Source of the DNA: Octopus bimaculoides
Taxonomy: Eukaryota
Direction: 5' to 3'
DNA: 64,000 nt
Assembly: GCF_001194135.2 (NCBI RefSeq)
Contig: NC_068999.1
Location: forward strand, 22,051,452 to 22,115,451
Part shown: in pieces, positions 14,847-28,578 of the stretch
Layout: the number at the start of each line of letters is the position of its first letter
Position numbering within the stretch: position 1 is the first letter of the stretch
Position numbers and translations under genes: made by a program
Notes under the pieces: model-generated
Seen by the model: the letters and a program-made list of their open reading frames with translations, nothing else
Told to the model about the DNA's origin: nothing
The model's database searches: none

Positions 14847-15086
14847 TAAGTATCAAATACAATTCTGTTTTACAAAATTTTTAAATTGCATGTTGATTTT
14901 AAATCCGTAGATGCAGGTGTGATTGTATGGTTAAGAAGGCTGCTTCCCAATCATATGATCTAGGATATTTAGAGCAGAACTTATTCTATTGGTTTCCTTT
15001 GCCAAACTACTAAACAAACCAACATCAGTTGTTAAGTTGTAGTGGAGGACAAACACAAAGACACACACACACACACACACACATAA

Positions 15087-16040
15087 ATATATTACATGGA
15101 AAAATGCGAGCATGAAAAGTAATATTCTTAAGATTATAAACCCGGGAAAGTACAGGACAAGTTATTACACCTGTAAAAGTATAGGACAAACTATTACTTC
15201 AAGTAAAGTAAAGAATAAGAAACATTTTACTCAAAATATTGCAGCAAAGAATAAAATTTGAAAATATTATAAACTAAAAATTATACAAATTATAATTAAT
15301 TGTAAGCAAAAAATACAAAATTTTAAAAATAATCATTGTACATCATAAAATAATGATAAAATAATTAAGTACTTCATAAAATAATTAAGGTTAAATTTTT
15401 TAAAAATTTTATATATTATCAAAATATAGTAAATAATTAATCGTTAAATAAATAGAATTTTATTCAAGCTATTACTTCTTTTTTTTCAAGCTATTACTAA
15501 AGTACTTGATTACTATTTATAAGTACAATTCCAATTTACATATATTAAAATTTATCTATATTAAGTAATACTTTTAGATTNNNNNNNNNNNNNNNNNNNN
15601 NNNNNNNNNNNNNNNNNNNNNNNNNNNNNNNNNNNNNNNNNNNNNNNNNNNNNNNNNNNNNNNNNNNNNNNNNNNNTCAGTTTTTCTAATTTGTCACTCT
15701 TTACAGTTCTCATCTTTTAAATTTATTGTACAAAACTGTTCAGCTAATTTGTAAGTTTGTTTAATTAGTCATTTTTTTTTCTGTATTTAAGGTAGTAAAT
15801 TAGCCAAATTCTACTTAAATAAGTATAGTGTTATTTGTAAACTATAATAAAATGATTTTTAATATTCAAATTTTAATTTTAGCTGCAGTATTTTAAGTGA
15901 AAAGTTTCTTATTCTTTACTTCACTAGAAGTAATAGCTTGTCCTATACTTTTTCAGGTGTAATAACTTGTCCTGTACTTTTCCAGGTTTATAATCTTAAG
16001 AATATTACTTTTCATGGCTTGCATTTTCCCATGCATATAT
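15087..16040. mobile_element. Foldback/MITE-like element with arms of about 200 bp
   Basis: 15087-15290 is the reverse complement of about 15835-16040; arms have internal sub-repeats; N gap in the middle. Confidence 0.75.
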
Positions 16041-16234
16041 CTGAAGCATGTAACACATTAATGTACTAGACTGATTAAATAATTAACTAAAAAGAGAAGG
16101 AAAATCAAAAAAAGCAGAAAGCAAGTTAATTAAAGCTGAAAGAGAAAATTAATAATAGAAGTTAAACTTATCCTAATTCAACAGCATATTAAAAATAACT
16201 TTATTAAATATTTAATTTTAAAAAAAATATACGA

Positions 16235-16556
16235 AAGGCAAAGTTGACCTCAGCAGAATTTGAACTCAAAACATAAAGACAGACGAAATATCACTAAACA
16301 TTTCGCCTGGCACACTAATGTTTCTTATTTCTTTATTGCCCACAAGGGGCTAGACATAGAGGGGACAAACAAGGACAGACAAAGGGTTTAAGTCGATTAC
16401 ATCAACCCCAGTGCGTAACTGGTACTTAATTTATCGACCTCGAAAGGATGAAAGCAAAGTCGACCTTGGCGGAATTTGAACTCAGAATGTAACAGCAGAC
16501 GAAATACCGCTAAGCATTTTGCCCGGCATGCTAACATTTCTGCCAGCTCGCCACCC
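16235..16556 (-). mobile_element. SINE family B, full copy plus adjacent partial copy
   Basis: Matches 52970-53210. Confidence 0.8.
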
Positions 16557-17170
16557 TAGAATGTAAACATTCATATTAGAAATATATTCTTAAAATTAAT
16601 TAGAATTAATTAANNNNNNNNNNNNNNNNNNNNNNNNNNNNNNNNNNNNNNNNNNNNNNNNNNNNNNNNNNNNNNNNNNNNNNNNNNNNNNNNNNNNNNN
16701 NNNNNNNNNNNNNNNNNNNNNNNNNNNNNNNNNNNNNNNNNNNNNNNNNNNNNNNNNNNNNNNNNNNNNNNNNNNNNNNNNNNNNNNNNNNNNNNNNNNN
16801 NNNNNNNNNNNNNNNNNNNNNNNNNNNNNNNNNNNNNNNNNNNNNNNNNNNNNNNNNNNNNNNNNNNNNNNNNNNNNNNNNNNNNNNNNNNNNNNNNNNN
16901 NNNNNNNNNNNNNNNNNNNNNNNNNNNNNNNNNNNNNNNNNNNNNNNNNNNNNNNNNNNNNNNNNNNNNNNNNNNNNNNNNNNNNNNNNNNNNNNNNNNN
17001 NNNNNNNNNNNNNNNNNNNNNNNNNNNNNNNNNNNNNNNNNNNNNNNNNNNNNNNNNNNNNNNNNNNNNNNNNNNNNNNNNNNNNNNNNNNNNNNNNNNN
17101 NNNNNNNNNNNNNNNNNNNNNNNNNNNNNNNNNNNNNNNNNNNNNNNNNNNNNNNNNNNNNNNNNNNNNN

Positions 17171-17505
17171 AAATCGACCCCAGGACTTTTTCTTTAGAAG
17201 CCTAGTACTTATTCTATCGGTCTCTTTTGCCGAACCGCTAAGTGACGGGGACATAAACACACCAGCATCGGTTGTCAAGCGATGTTGGGGGGACACAGAC
17301 ACACAAACACATACACATACATGCATATATATATATACATATATACGACGGGCTTCTTTCAGTTTCCGTCTACCAAATCCACTCACAAGGCTTTGGTCGG
17401 CCCGAGGCTATAGTAGAAGACACTTGCCCAAGATGCCACACAGTGGGACTGAACCCGGGACCATGTGGTTGGCAAGCAAGCTACTTACCACACAGCCACT
17501 CCTAC
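17171..17505 (-). mobile_element. SINE family A, young CpG-rich copy
   Basis: Near-identical reverse complement of 43420-43800. Confidence 0.85.
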
Positions 17506-18302
17506 GCCTACCTCTTAACTTTTTCTACTAATTTTTGTTGAATGCAACTAACAATTCTATCATTTAAGCCTAGGAAAAGTATATTTTTTTTTTAATTAAA
17601 AAAAATTATGTTAATTGAAAATGAACACCTGCCCACCTTCAGGTCTCACATATTTTGATGTAACTTTTTTTCTACTGAATCAAATCTCAAACTATTTATG
17701 TCAAAATGTAGCTGAGGAGATGTCCTCTTTAAAACTGTTAACAGTTTGCAATTTAGTTGAGAACTGAATTAGTGGTGAAACTTGGAAGCTGCTGCAATTG
17801 ACGAAATGGTGGACTTAAGAATATATTCAACCACCACTTTGGTTGAATGATACATATATATGTATATATGCATGACAGGCTTCTTTGAGTTTCTGTATAC
17901 TAAATGCACTCACAAGGCTTTTGTCAACCCAGAGGTATAGAAGACACTTGTCCAAGGTGTCACACAGTGGAACTGAACCCAAGGCTACAAGGTTGGGAAC
18001 CAAGTTTCTTAACCCCATGGTCATGCCCACTCCTATAAGCTATGTGTGTGTCTATAGCCACACCTGCACCTATAGCCGTGTGTGTGCACTGTTGTTGCTG
18101 TTGTTTTAAATCAAAAATATTCCTTTTGATTAAAAAAATGTATACTATGAGAATTATTCATCATAACTTGAAATAAATTTGAATTAAGATTAATTAAATG
18201 AAATTGTTTTTCTGAATTATTACTCATCTTAGAATCCATTATCTATTATATTTGAAAAAAAAAAATATCATGTGACTCTGATTTTATTATATTTTATTTT
18301 AG

Positions 18303-18502
18303 ATTACTAAACACAAACAGTGATATCATTATTATTGAACAGGATTTGATATCACTTGACTTTCCCTGGCAGATTTTTTCTTTAATAATTCAATATGAAT
18401 ATAACAAGAGTTCAAACAGCTTTTTGAAGACATGCCAGCTTTACAATATTACTTTCTTTTCTCTCCAAACAACTCAAAGTAATGAATTAAAGAAGACTAG
18501 TG
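18303..18502 (+). CDS. SHOC1: SHOC1-like exon ([10 protein letters not shown]...[16 protein letters not shown]...KKTS)
   Basis: ttttag|A...AGTG|gtaagt; 200 nt, phase 2-1; DFPW motif. Confidence 0.9.
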
Positions 18503-19089
18503 GTAAGTTACTAATTAAAGTAAAGTACTGAGACAGCTGGTTAGGGTTATTAGGCTCATGATTGTCAGGTCATGAGTTTGGTTCCTGGCTGCATATCATG
18601 TCCTTGAGCAAGACACCTTATTTCATGTAGTTCCAGGCCACTCAGCCAGCAAAAATGAGTTGTATGTGTAACTTAAAGGGTAAGTTTTGTCGCATTCTGT
18701 GTCATGCTGAATCTCTCCAAGAACTTTGTTAAGGTTATGTGTGTCTGTGGAGTACTCTGCCACTTGCACATTTATTTCATGAGCAATCTGTTCTATTGAT
18801 TGTATCAACTGGAACCCTTGTCATCATAACTGATGGAACACCAGTTTTATAAATATATCCTGTGGTTAAAATACAACCTCCTTTCTGCAGGGCCAAACCT
18901 AGAAACAGTTGGCTAGTTTATATGTCTTTTTGGGAGTGTCTGTTTTTGTTCATCTTAAAGAGAGCAATCAACTTACAGATTATGGCGAATGCAACAACTG
19001 GTGCCAGTTTTATTGATTTGCCCATCAATTTTGTATGGCCTTTGTTGGTCATGGTTCATCATGTATTTGCACAAGTATAAATCCAGGAG

Positions 19090-19465
19090 TGACTATGTGG
19101 TAAGAAGTTTGCCTCCCAGTTACATGATTCAGGGTTCATACCCACTGTGTGGCACCTTGGGTGCCTTCTATAGCCTTGGGCCAATCAAAGCCTTGTGAGT
19201 GGATTTTGTAGATGGAAACTTAAAGAAGCCCATCATGTGTGTGTTTGTGTCTGTCCCCACCACCACCACCACCACCACCACTTGACAACTGGTATTGGTG
19301 TGCTTAGGTCCCCTGTAACTTAGTGGTTCGGCAAAAGAGATTGATAGAATAAGCACCAGGCTTTAAAAAAATAAAAAATACCAGGGTCGATTCATTCAAC
19401 GAAAATTTTTCAAGGCGGTGCCCCAGCATGGCTGCAGTCTAATGACTGAAACAAGTGATAGATAA
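19090..19465 (+). mobile_element. SINE family A, full length
   Basis: tRNA-like head, central (GT)n/(CAC)n, 3' ...cagcatggctgcagtctaatgactgaaacaag. Confidence 0.8.
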
Positions 19466-20919
19466 AAGTATGTGTGGATCTGGGCAAAATTTTTGAAGAA
19501 AACTGATAGTTGCTCATCTAATTCAAGTCTACCCTCTTTGTGCCACTGATGTTTATCCAAGAGAAAGCTGCCAACTTGGTATGATACTGCTCAATACTAG
19601 TGTTCCCCACGTGTTGCTTTCAAAATGGACAAAGCCAAATCAGATACTGCAAGGTATTTTTTTTGACCAACCCTCTGACAGTTCTTCCAATCCAGCACCC
19701 TCATCTGGCACTTTCTTATTAACTTGAAACAATGAAAGGCAAAGCAGACCTCAGTTACATAACACTGGCATTGGCCACGACTATGATTTCACTTGGCTTG
19801 ACAGATCTTGTTAAGCATGGTATATTACCAAAGGTCTCAGTCACTGGTCACTGCCTCTGTGAGGACCAATGTTTGAACGGAGCTTTTTATGTGCCAATCA
19901 AAACCTGTAGGCAGCTCACACCACACTTCACACCTCATTGACATTTTGTACATAGCTGTAGCCACAAACTACATATCTCATGCCTCAATGGGAATATGCC
20001 AGCATAGAGAGCAGATGTTAAATGATGATGATGAAGTTCTCTAAATTTATATCCTCTTAGTATGCCCTCTATCAAGTCACCTTTGATAGCACATCTCATT
20101 CTTCAGTAGAGAGGCTCTTATTCTTTCTTTCTACTATGGCTACAAGGCCTGGAATTTTGTGAGGAGAGGCTAATTGATTATATCAACCCTAGTGCTCAAC
20201 ACAGATACTTATATTGACCCTGAAAGAACGAAAGGCAAAGTCTACCTTGACAACATTTGAACTCAGAATGTAAAGCTGGAGGAAATGTTGCTAAGTAACG
20301 ATTCTACCAGTTTCCACCTTAGATGCTCTTATTAATACATGATGTATTTTAACAGAATATTTTCAGTTTTATTGTTAAAAATATTAACATTTGGTTTCTA
20401 TAGTTTCAAACTTTACATATGTCTCAGTGATATTTTATTTTGAGAGCTGTGCCATTGTTTAATTCACAAGGCAGCATTTGTTTACTTTACAAGATGTAAG
20501 GTAAACAGTGTAACACCTAATCTCTCTCCATACTGGCACCATGTGGTCTATAACATTTATCTTTTATGTTTTCATTTATAGTTTTTATCTTCCTAAGAGC
20601 TCATCTAATTACCCAACCCACCACTTCTCTCCTCATCTCCTACAGCTACTTTTGTAAAAGATATACTAAAGAAGACAGCTGAGTTTAGTAAACCAGCTCT
20701 TTGAAAAGTAGACCTTTAGTTAATATTGATTTCTAGCATAAGCAAAAGACTTAAATTCGTGTAAGTTGTATAGTTGGTGATTTTAATCCCATTACTTTGT
20801 CAAGCATGGAAGGAAGGAAGACAGAGTTGACCTGAAAAAGATTTGAACTCAGAATAACTAAATTCAACAATGCATTTTGTTTGCCTTTGTATTCTGTCAG
20901 TCTACTCCACTGCTTTTAA

Positions 20920-21066
<147 letters not shown>

Positions 21067-21397
21067 TAAGTAGTTAATAATGTAAGTTAATTTCATAAGA
21101 TTATATAAGTTGTTTAATGTGTACATTGAATATACAACTTCTCCCCAACAAAAAACAAAAAAAAAATCTGTTCGGAAATTGAAAGCTCCTGGAAAAAGCG
21201 AAAGTGTTGCATTAATGTTGATGATTTCTTGGTGAAATTACATTAATAAATGAAAGTTAATAAGGAATACATTAATTGATAAGGAATTAATAATGAACTA
21301 CACCTCACCCATGTCTTCTGGAAAGTGTTGCACAAACTGTGAGAAGGTCTCTCAGGAGACTCTCTCAGTGAAGTTTTATAACATTTAAATTCATATG

Positions 21398-21436
<39 letters not shown>

Positions 21437-21880
21437 CAGTAAAATTACGTGTACACACTAGAGTGCATTTTAATTTGTTATAGCAAGGTATTTTTGGCCA
21501 AATTTCTCAACAAATGTTCATATAAAGCATGAATATTTGGGGCTACAACATAAAATCTATGAAGTGAAAGAAGAAATAAAGTTTCTGATATAAAAGAAAA
21601 TATACATGATCCTACTTTGTAACAAGTCATATATCATAGAACATTTTGTTTGAACAACTATATTTCTCATCAGATAGAAAACTTTTGTGAAAGTTGGATT
21701 ATAGATAAAATTGCCTAAAATGGATAAATGTATTGAAAAACAGACATGTTTTATACCCATCTATGAAACTATCTTTTGAGAAAAAGGTTACTACAAAGTG
21801 CTCAACACAGAATTAACTTTCTAGTAACATGGTAACGACATATATGTACTCACTAGATACATCATGGTTAACCTTAGAGT

Positions 21881-21932
<52 letters not shown>

Positions 21933-21936
<4 letters not shown>

Positions 21937-23221
21937 GTTGGCCAGAAAGTTCTTGCCAATTTTTAGTTGTTCATGTTCCAATATGTTAGAACACGTCAAA
22001 TTTATCAACATATATAATATGCTTACATTTCTGGTTAACACTTTCACTTCAAACTATCTCTTGAGAAAGAATGTTTAAAATTACTTTATTTGTGTCAATT
22101 TTGCATCCCTATGAAAATGGAAGATTATAAAGTGCATTTTAGACACTTGATGCTTTTTTATTACCATAAAAGCAAAAGTGCCTCACAAGCAACAAAAAAG
22201 ATGTGTGCTGTGTACGGTGAAGGTGCATTAGCTGACAGAACTGTACAGAAGTGGTTTGCTAAGTTTAGAGTTGGTGATTGTAGTCTTATTGATGAAGAAC
22301 ACTCAGGCAGACCCCTCCCCCACTTCAGATGACAACCAAATCAAGACATCGATTGAGAATAACACACATTACACAATGCGGGAATTGGCAGAAATACTAA
22401 ATTGCTCAAAATCCACTATCCATGAGCACTTAGTGAAGCTTGGGTACTCAAATCACTATGATGTTTGGGTACCACATGATCTGAGTGAAAAGAATCTTTT
22501 CAATTGCATTTCTATCTGTGATTTGCTGTGTAAACACAATGAAAATGCACCCTTTTTGAAGCAAATTGTGACGGGTGATGAGAAATGGATCATTTACAAC
22601 TGTTCAGTAAAAAAGGTCTTGGAGTAAGCAACATGAGCCACCATTAGCCACCCCAAAAGCAGGTGTTCATCCTAAGAAAGTCATGCTCTGCATCTGGTGG
22701 GATTGGAAAGGAATCCTGTACTATGAGCTTCTGCCAAGTAACCAGTCAATTAATTCTGAGAAGTACTGCTTGCAACTGGATGATTTGAAGGCAGCTATTC
22801 AAGAAAAACACCCAGAATTGGCGAACAGGGAAGGTGTTGTTTTCCATCAGGATAATGCCAGACCTCATGTTTCTTTGGTGACTTGTGAAAAATTTTTGCA
22901 GCTTGGCTGGGATGTGTTACCCCACCCCACCATATTTACCAGACATTGCCCCTTCAGATTTTCATTTATTCAGGTCTTTGCAAAATAATCTCAATGGTAA
23001 AAAGTTTAATTCTTTGGAGGACACAAAAAAAACACCTTAATGAGTTTTTTGCCAAGAAATCACAGAAATTCTGGGAAGACGGAATCTTTAAGTTGAAGGA
23101 AAGATAAAGAAAGGTTGTGCAACAAAATGGTTCATATTTACTTGAATAAATATTTAATGGCATAATTTTGTTTTGTCTTAATTTCCCTTAGAAATCGACA
23201 TGAACTTTCTGGACAACCCAA
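21933..23221 (+). mobile_element. Full-length mariner (DD34D) transposon with a frameshifted transposase
   Basis: TIRs TTGGGTTGGCCAGAAAGTTC / GAACTTTCTGGACAACCCAA within (TA)n; motifs WVPHDL, IVTGDEKW, MLCIWWD, FHQDNARPH; 1289 bp. Confidence 0.95.
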
Positions 23222-23428
23222 TATATATATGTTTGTGTGTGTGCATGTGCATATGTTGCCACACCCTGTGTCACACAGATTCTGTCATTAAGGGAATATG
23301 TGTCTGTGGAAGGCTTGACTGCCTGTGTTATAATTCAGTCTGTTGATAATTCAGCTGGTCATGTGACTGGAATACTCTGTGTCAAAACTGAAGATGAATT
23401 CACTAACTTTTTTCTCACTTTTATATGA

Positions 23429-23707
<279 letters not shown>

Positions 23708-25003
23708 TAAGTGGTAATATGTACTGTTTTTGTTATGTTTATTTCACCTGTGGTTCCCAAATATTTTTAACTCACTTCTCACTTTGGAGCAAATAAAGAT
23801 ATTTTGTGCACAGAACATAAAGTAAAAATAGACATTAAAACATGAATTTATATATTTTATCCTATAAATATAATTTAAACTGCAGAAAATTAATATGTAC
23901 TTCTTTATTCAATAAATAGAATACAGTTAAGAAGATTTTATATTTAAAATTAATTGTTTGTATAATAGAGAACGAAACATTGTGAGAAATATTTCACAAA
24001 AAAAAGGATATGTTGTTACATTCATTGGAATTCTTTAATTTTCTGTTTGATTTTATCTTTTGTGTTTTACATTCAGTCATTGGACTCTAACCACACTCGG
24101 GTACTGACTTTTAATTTAAAACCTGGTTTTTATACTATTGCTCTCTTTTGCCAAACCAGTAAGTTATGAGGACATAAACAAATTAATGCCAGTTATCAGA
24201 TGGTGATGGGGGATAAACACAAACATAGTGACCCCCCCACCTCCATATATATATATAGATATATTAGATATAGATGTATACATATATATACACATTTATA
24301 TGCTGTGGGAATATGTGTGTGCAAGTATGTATGAGTGTATGTTTTTCTTTTTGTCAGTATTTATGAGTGTATAAGAGCCATAAAGATACATGAGCCAGAC
24401 CCAGTGGAGCACAGTACAGCATGTGTGACTACTCACCAAGCTGTATGGTCTCTCTGGCCATTAATTGGCACTGACTTTAACAACACTTACTTAATTGCAT
24501 GTGTGAAATGTGTATGTGCACCAGACCACGTGTGTGTGCATTTGTACATGCACGTGCATTTGTACATGCATGTGTATTTGTATATCCATATCTACTGACA
24601 GTTTTTTATAATAATTTTTTCACTTTTTTATATATTCGTTTCTTTTTGTATCTGCTCTTTGTCATTGATCTTCTATAAGAATGAAGCAGCATCCATCAAT
24701 TTACCATTTCTATCTATGAAGCCCAAGAAGTAAACATGCAGTAATAAGTTGTGCAAAACATAATTTATTTTAGCAAGATACCTCTTGAACATCATCTGAG
24801 GAGACATACCTACCACAAAGGATGCACCTCAATCAATTGTATAGGATCCTACCTGTGATCGATGTTAGATGGATCAAAACAATTGTAGTGATCAATAAAG
24901 ATTCTTGTATATTCCACCTTCTATCACTCTCATTAATTATATACATATATATATATCATCATCATCATCATTGTTTAACATCCGTTTTCCTTGCTGGCAT
25001 GGG

Positions 25004-25041
<38 letters not shown>

Positions 25042-26587
25042 TGAGAAAAAGGAGTCAGTCAGATGCATAATTCTTTATTGGCACTTTCATTTGTTTATCG
25101 AACTCAAGACAAAATCAAAATCAAAATGATAAAAACAGAACATTTTGTTGTTCATTTATATGAATGGAATGCTTTTTTGCTTTGTTTTGAAGAGGAGGAA
25201 AATGTTTCTGTTGTTTTGGAAAAAGGGAGAAAGAAAGATAGAAAAGCAAAGAGGTGAAAGAAAAATAGATAGAGAGAGAAGTTTTAGGACAATCAAGAAA
25301 GAAGTAAAAAATAATAAAGGATGGGGAAAGGATAGATAAATAAATAGCTAGACATACAAATAGATAAATAAGGAGAGAGAGAGATTTCTTTTCAATTTGA
25401 TGTGATCAGTTCATTGAAATTTCATTACAAAGCATTTTTCTTCTCATTGTATACCTATCAATGTATTTGTAAATAAACACATTTTCTCACAAGGGCTGGT
25501 GATCTTTCAAGTTGTCAATTTTAGGAAGTAGGATGGGAAAGAAAAGAAAAGAGAGGAGGGTGCAGTCATCACTGAAAAATAAATAAGGGTTGAAAGTTCA
25601 AAGTCTTATGAAAATGTATATTTCTTTACACTTCTATTGTCAAGTCCCATTTTCTGGGTAATTCCATGTTTTGCACGAACAAACGTTAAATATTAAGTAT
25701 AATATTCATAAATTAGGAAAATAAAGTCAGAATATAAAAAGATAACTTGTTACTGTTTATAATTCAATCTATTCTCTATATACATTTAATCAAACATCAT
25801 AAATGAGTTTTGTATTAATACGTATATTGTATATTTAGCTGGAAACCACTCTAGAATATAAATTACCATATATACTCAAGTAATAGTTGATCTCATGTAA
25901 AAATCAACCCCCTATTTTTGGCCAAAATATTGGGAATTTTCCATAAACCCTGTATAAAAGTTGACCCTAGTATTTCACAAACAACAGGACAACATTAGTG
26001 GGTCAAGGTACCGTATTATCCTGTACATAGAAATAATACTGTTATAAAATTGTTTGGTTACTTTACTGTAGCCTGCTCTATAGGTGGAATGTTGGGTGCT
26101 TATAATAGAATGCTGGGTGCTTATAGTAAAACACCATTTAATAGTGAGCACTACACATCTGTTGATGGGTGCTACATCACCATTACTAAAATGTATGCAC
26201 AGGATATGCTGCAAGCCTGCATACACCTTCAAGCACAATAAACACATGTGTCATACACTCATTGTTTACATGGTGAGAAACATGTTTCCCAGACAGTACT
26301 ATTGGCGAACACTGGCAAACGCCACTGTCTGAATTTGTACAAAGGCATGACTTTGATAAGCCTAAAAATAGTCAATTAATCACTAGATCAGTGGTTCCCA
26401 TGTGACCTTTATATTTTCCTCGTCTCCAATTACAATAGACACATGCATCATACACTTGTTATTTATATGGTTAGAAACGTGTTTTACAGATAGCACTGTC
26501 ATACTCCTGTATGAATTTGTACAGCGACATGACTTTGGTTAATCAATATATATGTAGCAGACTATATATATTGTCTGCTACAATATA

Positions 26588-27760
26588 TGAAGTGCATTCA
26601 AAAAGTATCCGAATTATTTTTTCCTTGCCAAAACTAATGCTGTGTGGTCAAAATCCTTTGGGTGGGGGGTGCCACCCTTCTTTAGAATGCATAAAAAATT
26701 TTGCACTGATAGGCCACGTCTATTCTTGGCTGTTTTGCTTAGAATACATGTAGTGTATGCTCATCAAATTTTTGTTTTCATACAAGATGACTGAATGCAT
26801 CAAGCAAAGACCTTCAAAATATGTCTCATTGTCTCAACACCAATGATGATGGTCTGGGTCATGGTTTGCTCAGACCAGCATGTCCTGAGCAATTTCCATG
26901 CAGAGTTTGCTTCTGATGCTCTGCCAGCATCTTGCTTAGAATACAGTTAGATTTATGATTGCTGCTGAGTTTAGAGCTCCACATAGAGTATCTTCATCCT
27001 GTCTGCTTCCTGTATAGTGGTTTGTTTACTACTACGCTTAGTAATATTACAAGTTTTGATAATCAGAGCATGTGTATGAGAAGTTTGATCGTTCTAACAT
27101 AATAGAATAAAGTGTTTTCCAGATGATATATTGTGTCTAAGCATCCAACTGCATTTAGAACATCCAATGCAGAGGTTCCAAACAACCACAGGTGTGTGTG
27201 TGTGTGTGTGTGAGTGTCTTTTAATGACTCATGGAAGGTATAGGATGTTGCACTAGAATTATTCTGAGTGCACTGCTAATGAAGGTGATTATATGACTCC
27301 TGTTCTTTTGTCATTCATTAATTAGTGTGTGTTCATTTATATATGATATTATGCCAGCATCTTGGGGATGAATTTTGCTGACACAGATCCTCAATTGAAA
27401 TAGAATGCACTGATTCTATGCATATTCTGACTTTGTGAGCAATTTCCTAAATTGTTACACAGCAGTCTTCCATGACTATTCACTGAATTTTTTCAATCAG
27501 CTTGTGGACAGCTTTCCTGAGTATGCCTCACTCTCAACTGAGTTGCAGCCATGTTTGAAGTGGTTGTACCATGCTTTGATCTGAGTTTTGCTCAAGGCAT
27601 CACTGCCAAAGGCCTGCTGTATCTTCTGGAAGGTTTAAGCTTTAGTATCACCAAGCTTTTGGCAAAACTTGATGCAATATCTCAGCTTGATGCATTTGGT
27701 TTTATTCTCAGCTTCTATTTCCAAGTTAAACTTATGGTTCATTTATTTGCTATGTAATTT
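26588..27760 (-). mobile_element. Degenerate mariner-like remnant interrupted by a 417-bp insertion
   Basis: Minus strand RYCIKFCQKLG...AFGSDALSKTQIKAWYNHFK, SAKFIPKMLA, MEIAQDML. Confidence 0.75.
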
Positions 27761-27903
27761 TCTGGTGTCATAGTTTTACTGGTCTTTGGAACATTTTTGT
27801 TGCTGGCAAATTGTATCCGTCTTGAATGTGTAAGTATATTGAATACATATATGACTATAATTTGTTTTTGTATTTAAATGCATTAAGTATATATGTTCAT
27901 ACA

Positions 27904-27983
<80 letters not shown>

Positions 27984-28578
27984 TGGGAACTATATTCTTC
28001 TAATATTTTAGAAATTCGGCCATCAAGAATATTTCCAAACTGGTTGCTACCCTGACCAATTTCAATGTCAGTGGAGAATGTGTGTTTAAGGTAAGAGTTT
28101 TATCATCATCATCATCATTTAACGTTTGCTTTCCATGCTGGCATGGGATATATATATAGTATATCTTGTATGTACAGTTAGATTTATGATTGCTGCTGAG
28201 TTTAGAGCTCCACATAGAGTATCTTCATCCTGTCTGCTTCCTGTATAGTGGTTTATTTACTACTACCCTTAGTAATATTACAAGTTTTGATAATCAGAGC
28301 ATGTGTATGAGAAGTTTGATCGTTCTAACATAATAGAATAAAGTGTTTTCCAGATGATATATTGTGTCTAAGCATCCAACTGCATTTAGAACATCCAATG
28401 CAGAGGTTCCAAACAACCACAGGTGTGTGTGTGTGTGTGAGTGTCTTTTAATGACTCATGGAAGGTATAGGATGTTGCACTAGAACTATTCTGAGTGCAC
28501 TGCTAATGAAGGTGATTGTATGACTCCTGTTCTTTTGTCATTCATTAATTAGTTTGTTTTCATTTATATATGATATTA
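26942..28578 (+). repeat. Near-identical direct repeat of about 410 bp (26942-27351 and 28173-28578) flanking exon 28012-28090
   Basis: 6 substitutions and one (GT)n length difference by manual comparison. Confidence 0.95.
28012..28090 (+). CDS. SHOC1: SHOC1-like exon ([26 protein letters not shown])
   Basis: ttttag|A...TAAG|gtaaga; 79 nt, phase 2-0. Confidence 0.82.

Noticed and set aside
16610-17386. 258-aa ORF, and similar ORFs at 59240-59824
   Set aside because: Open only because they run through N gaps and SINE or microsatellite sequence.
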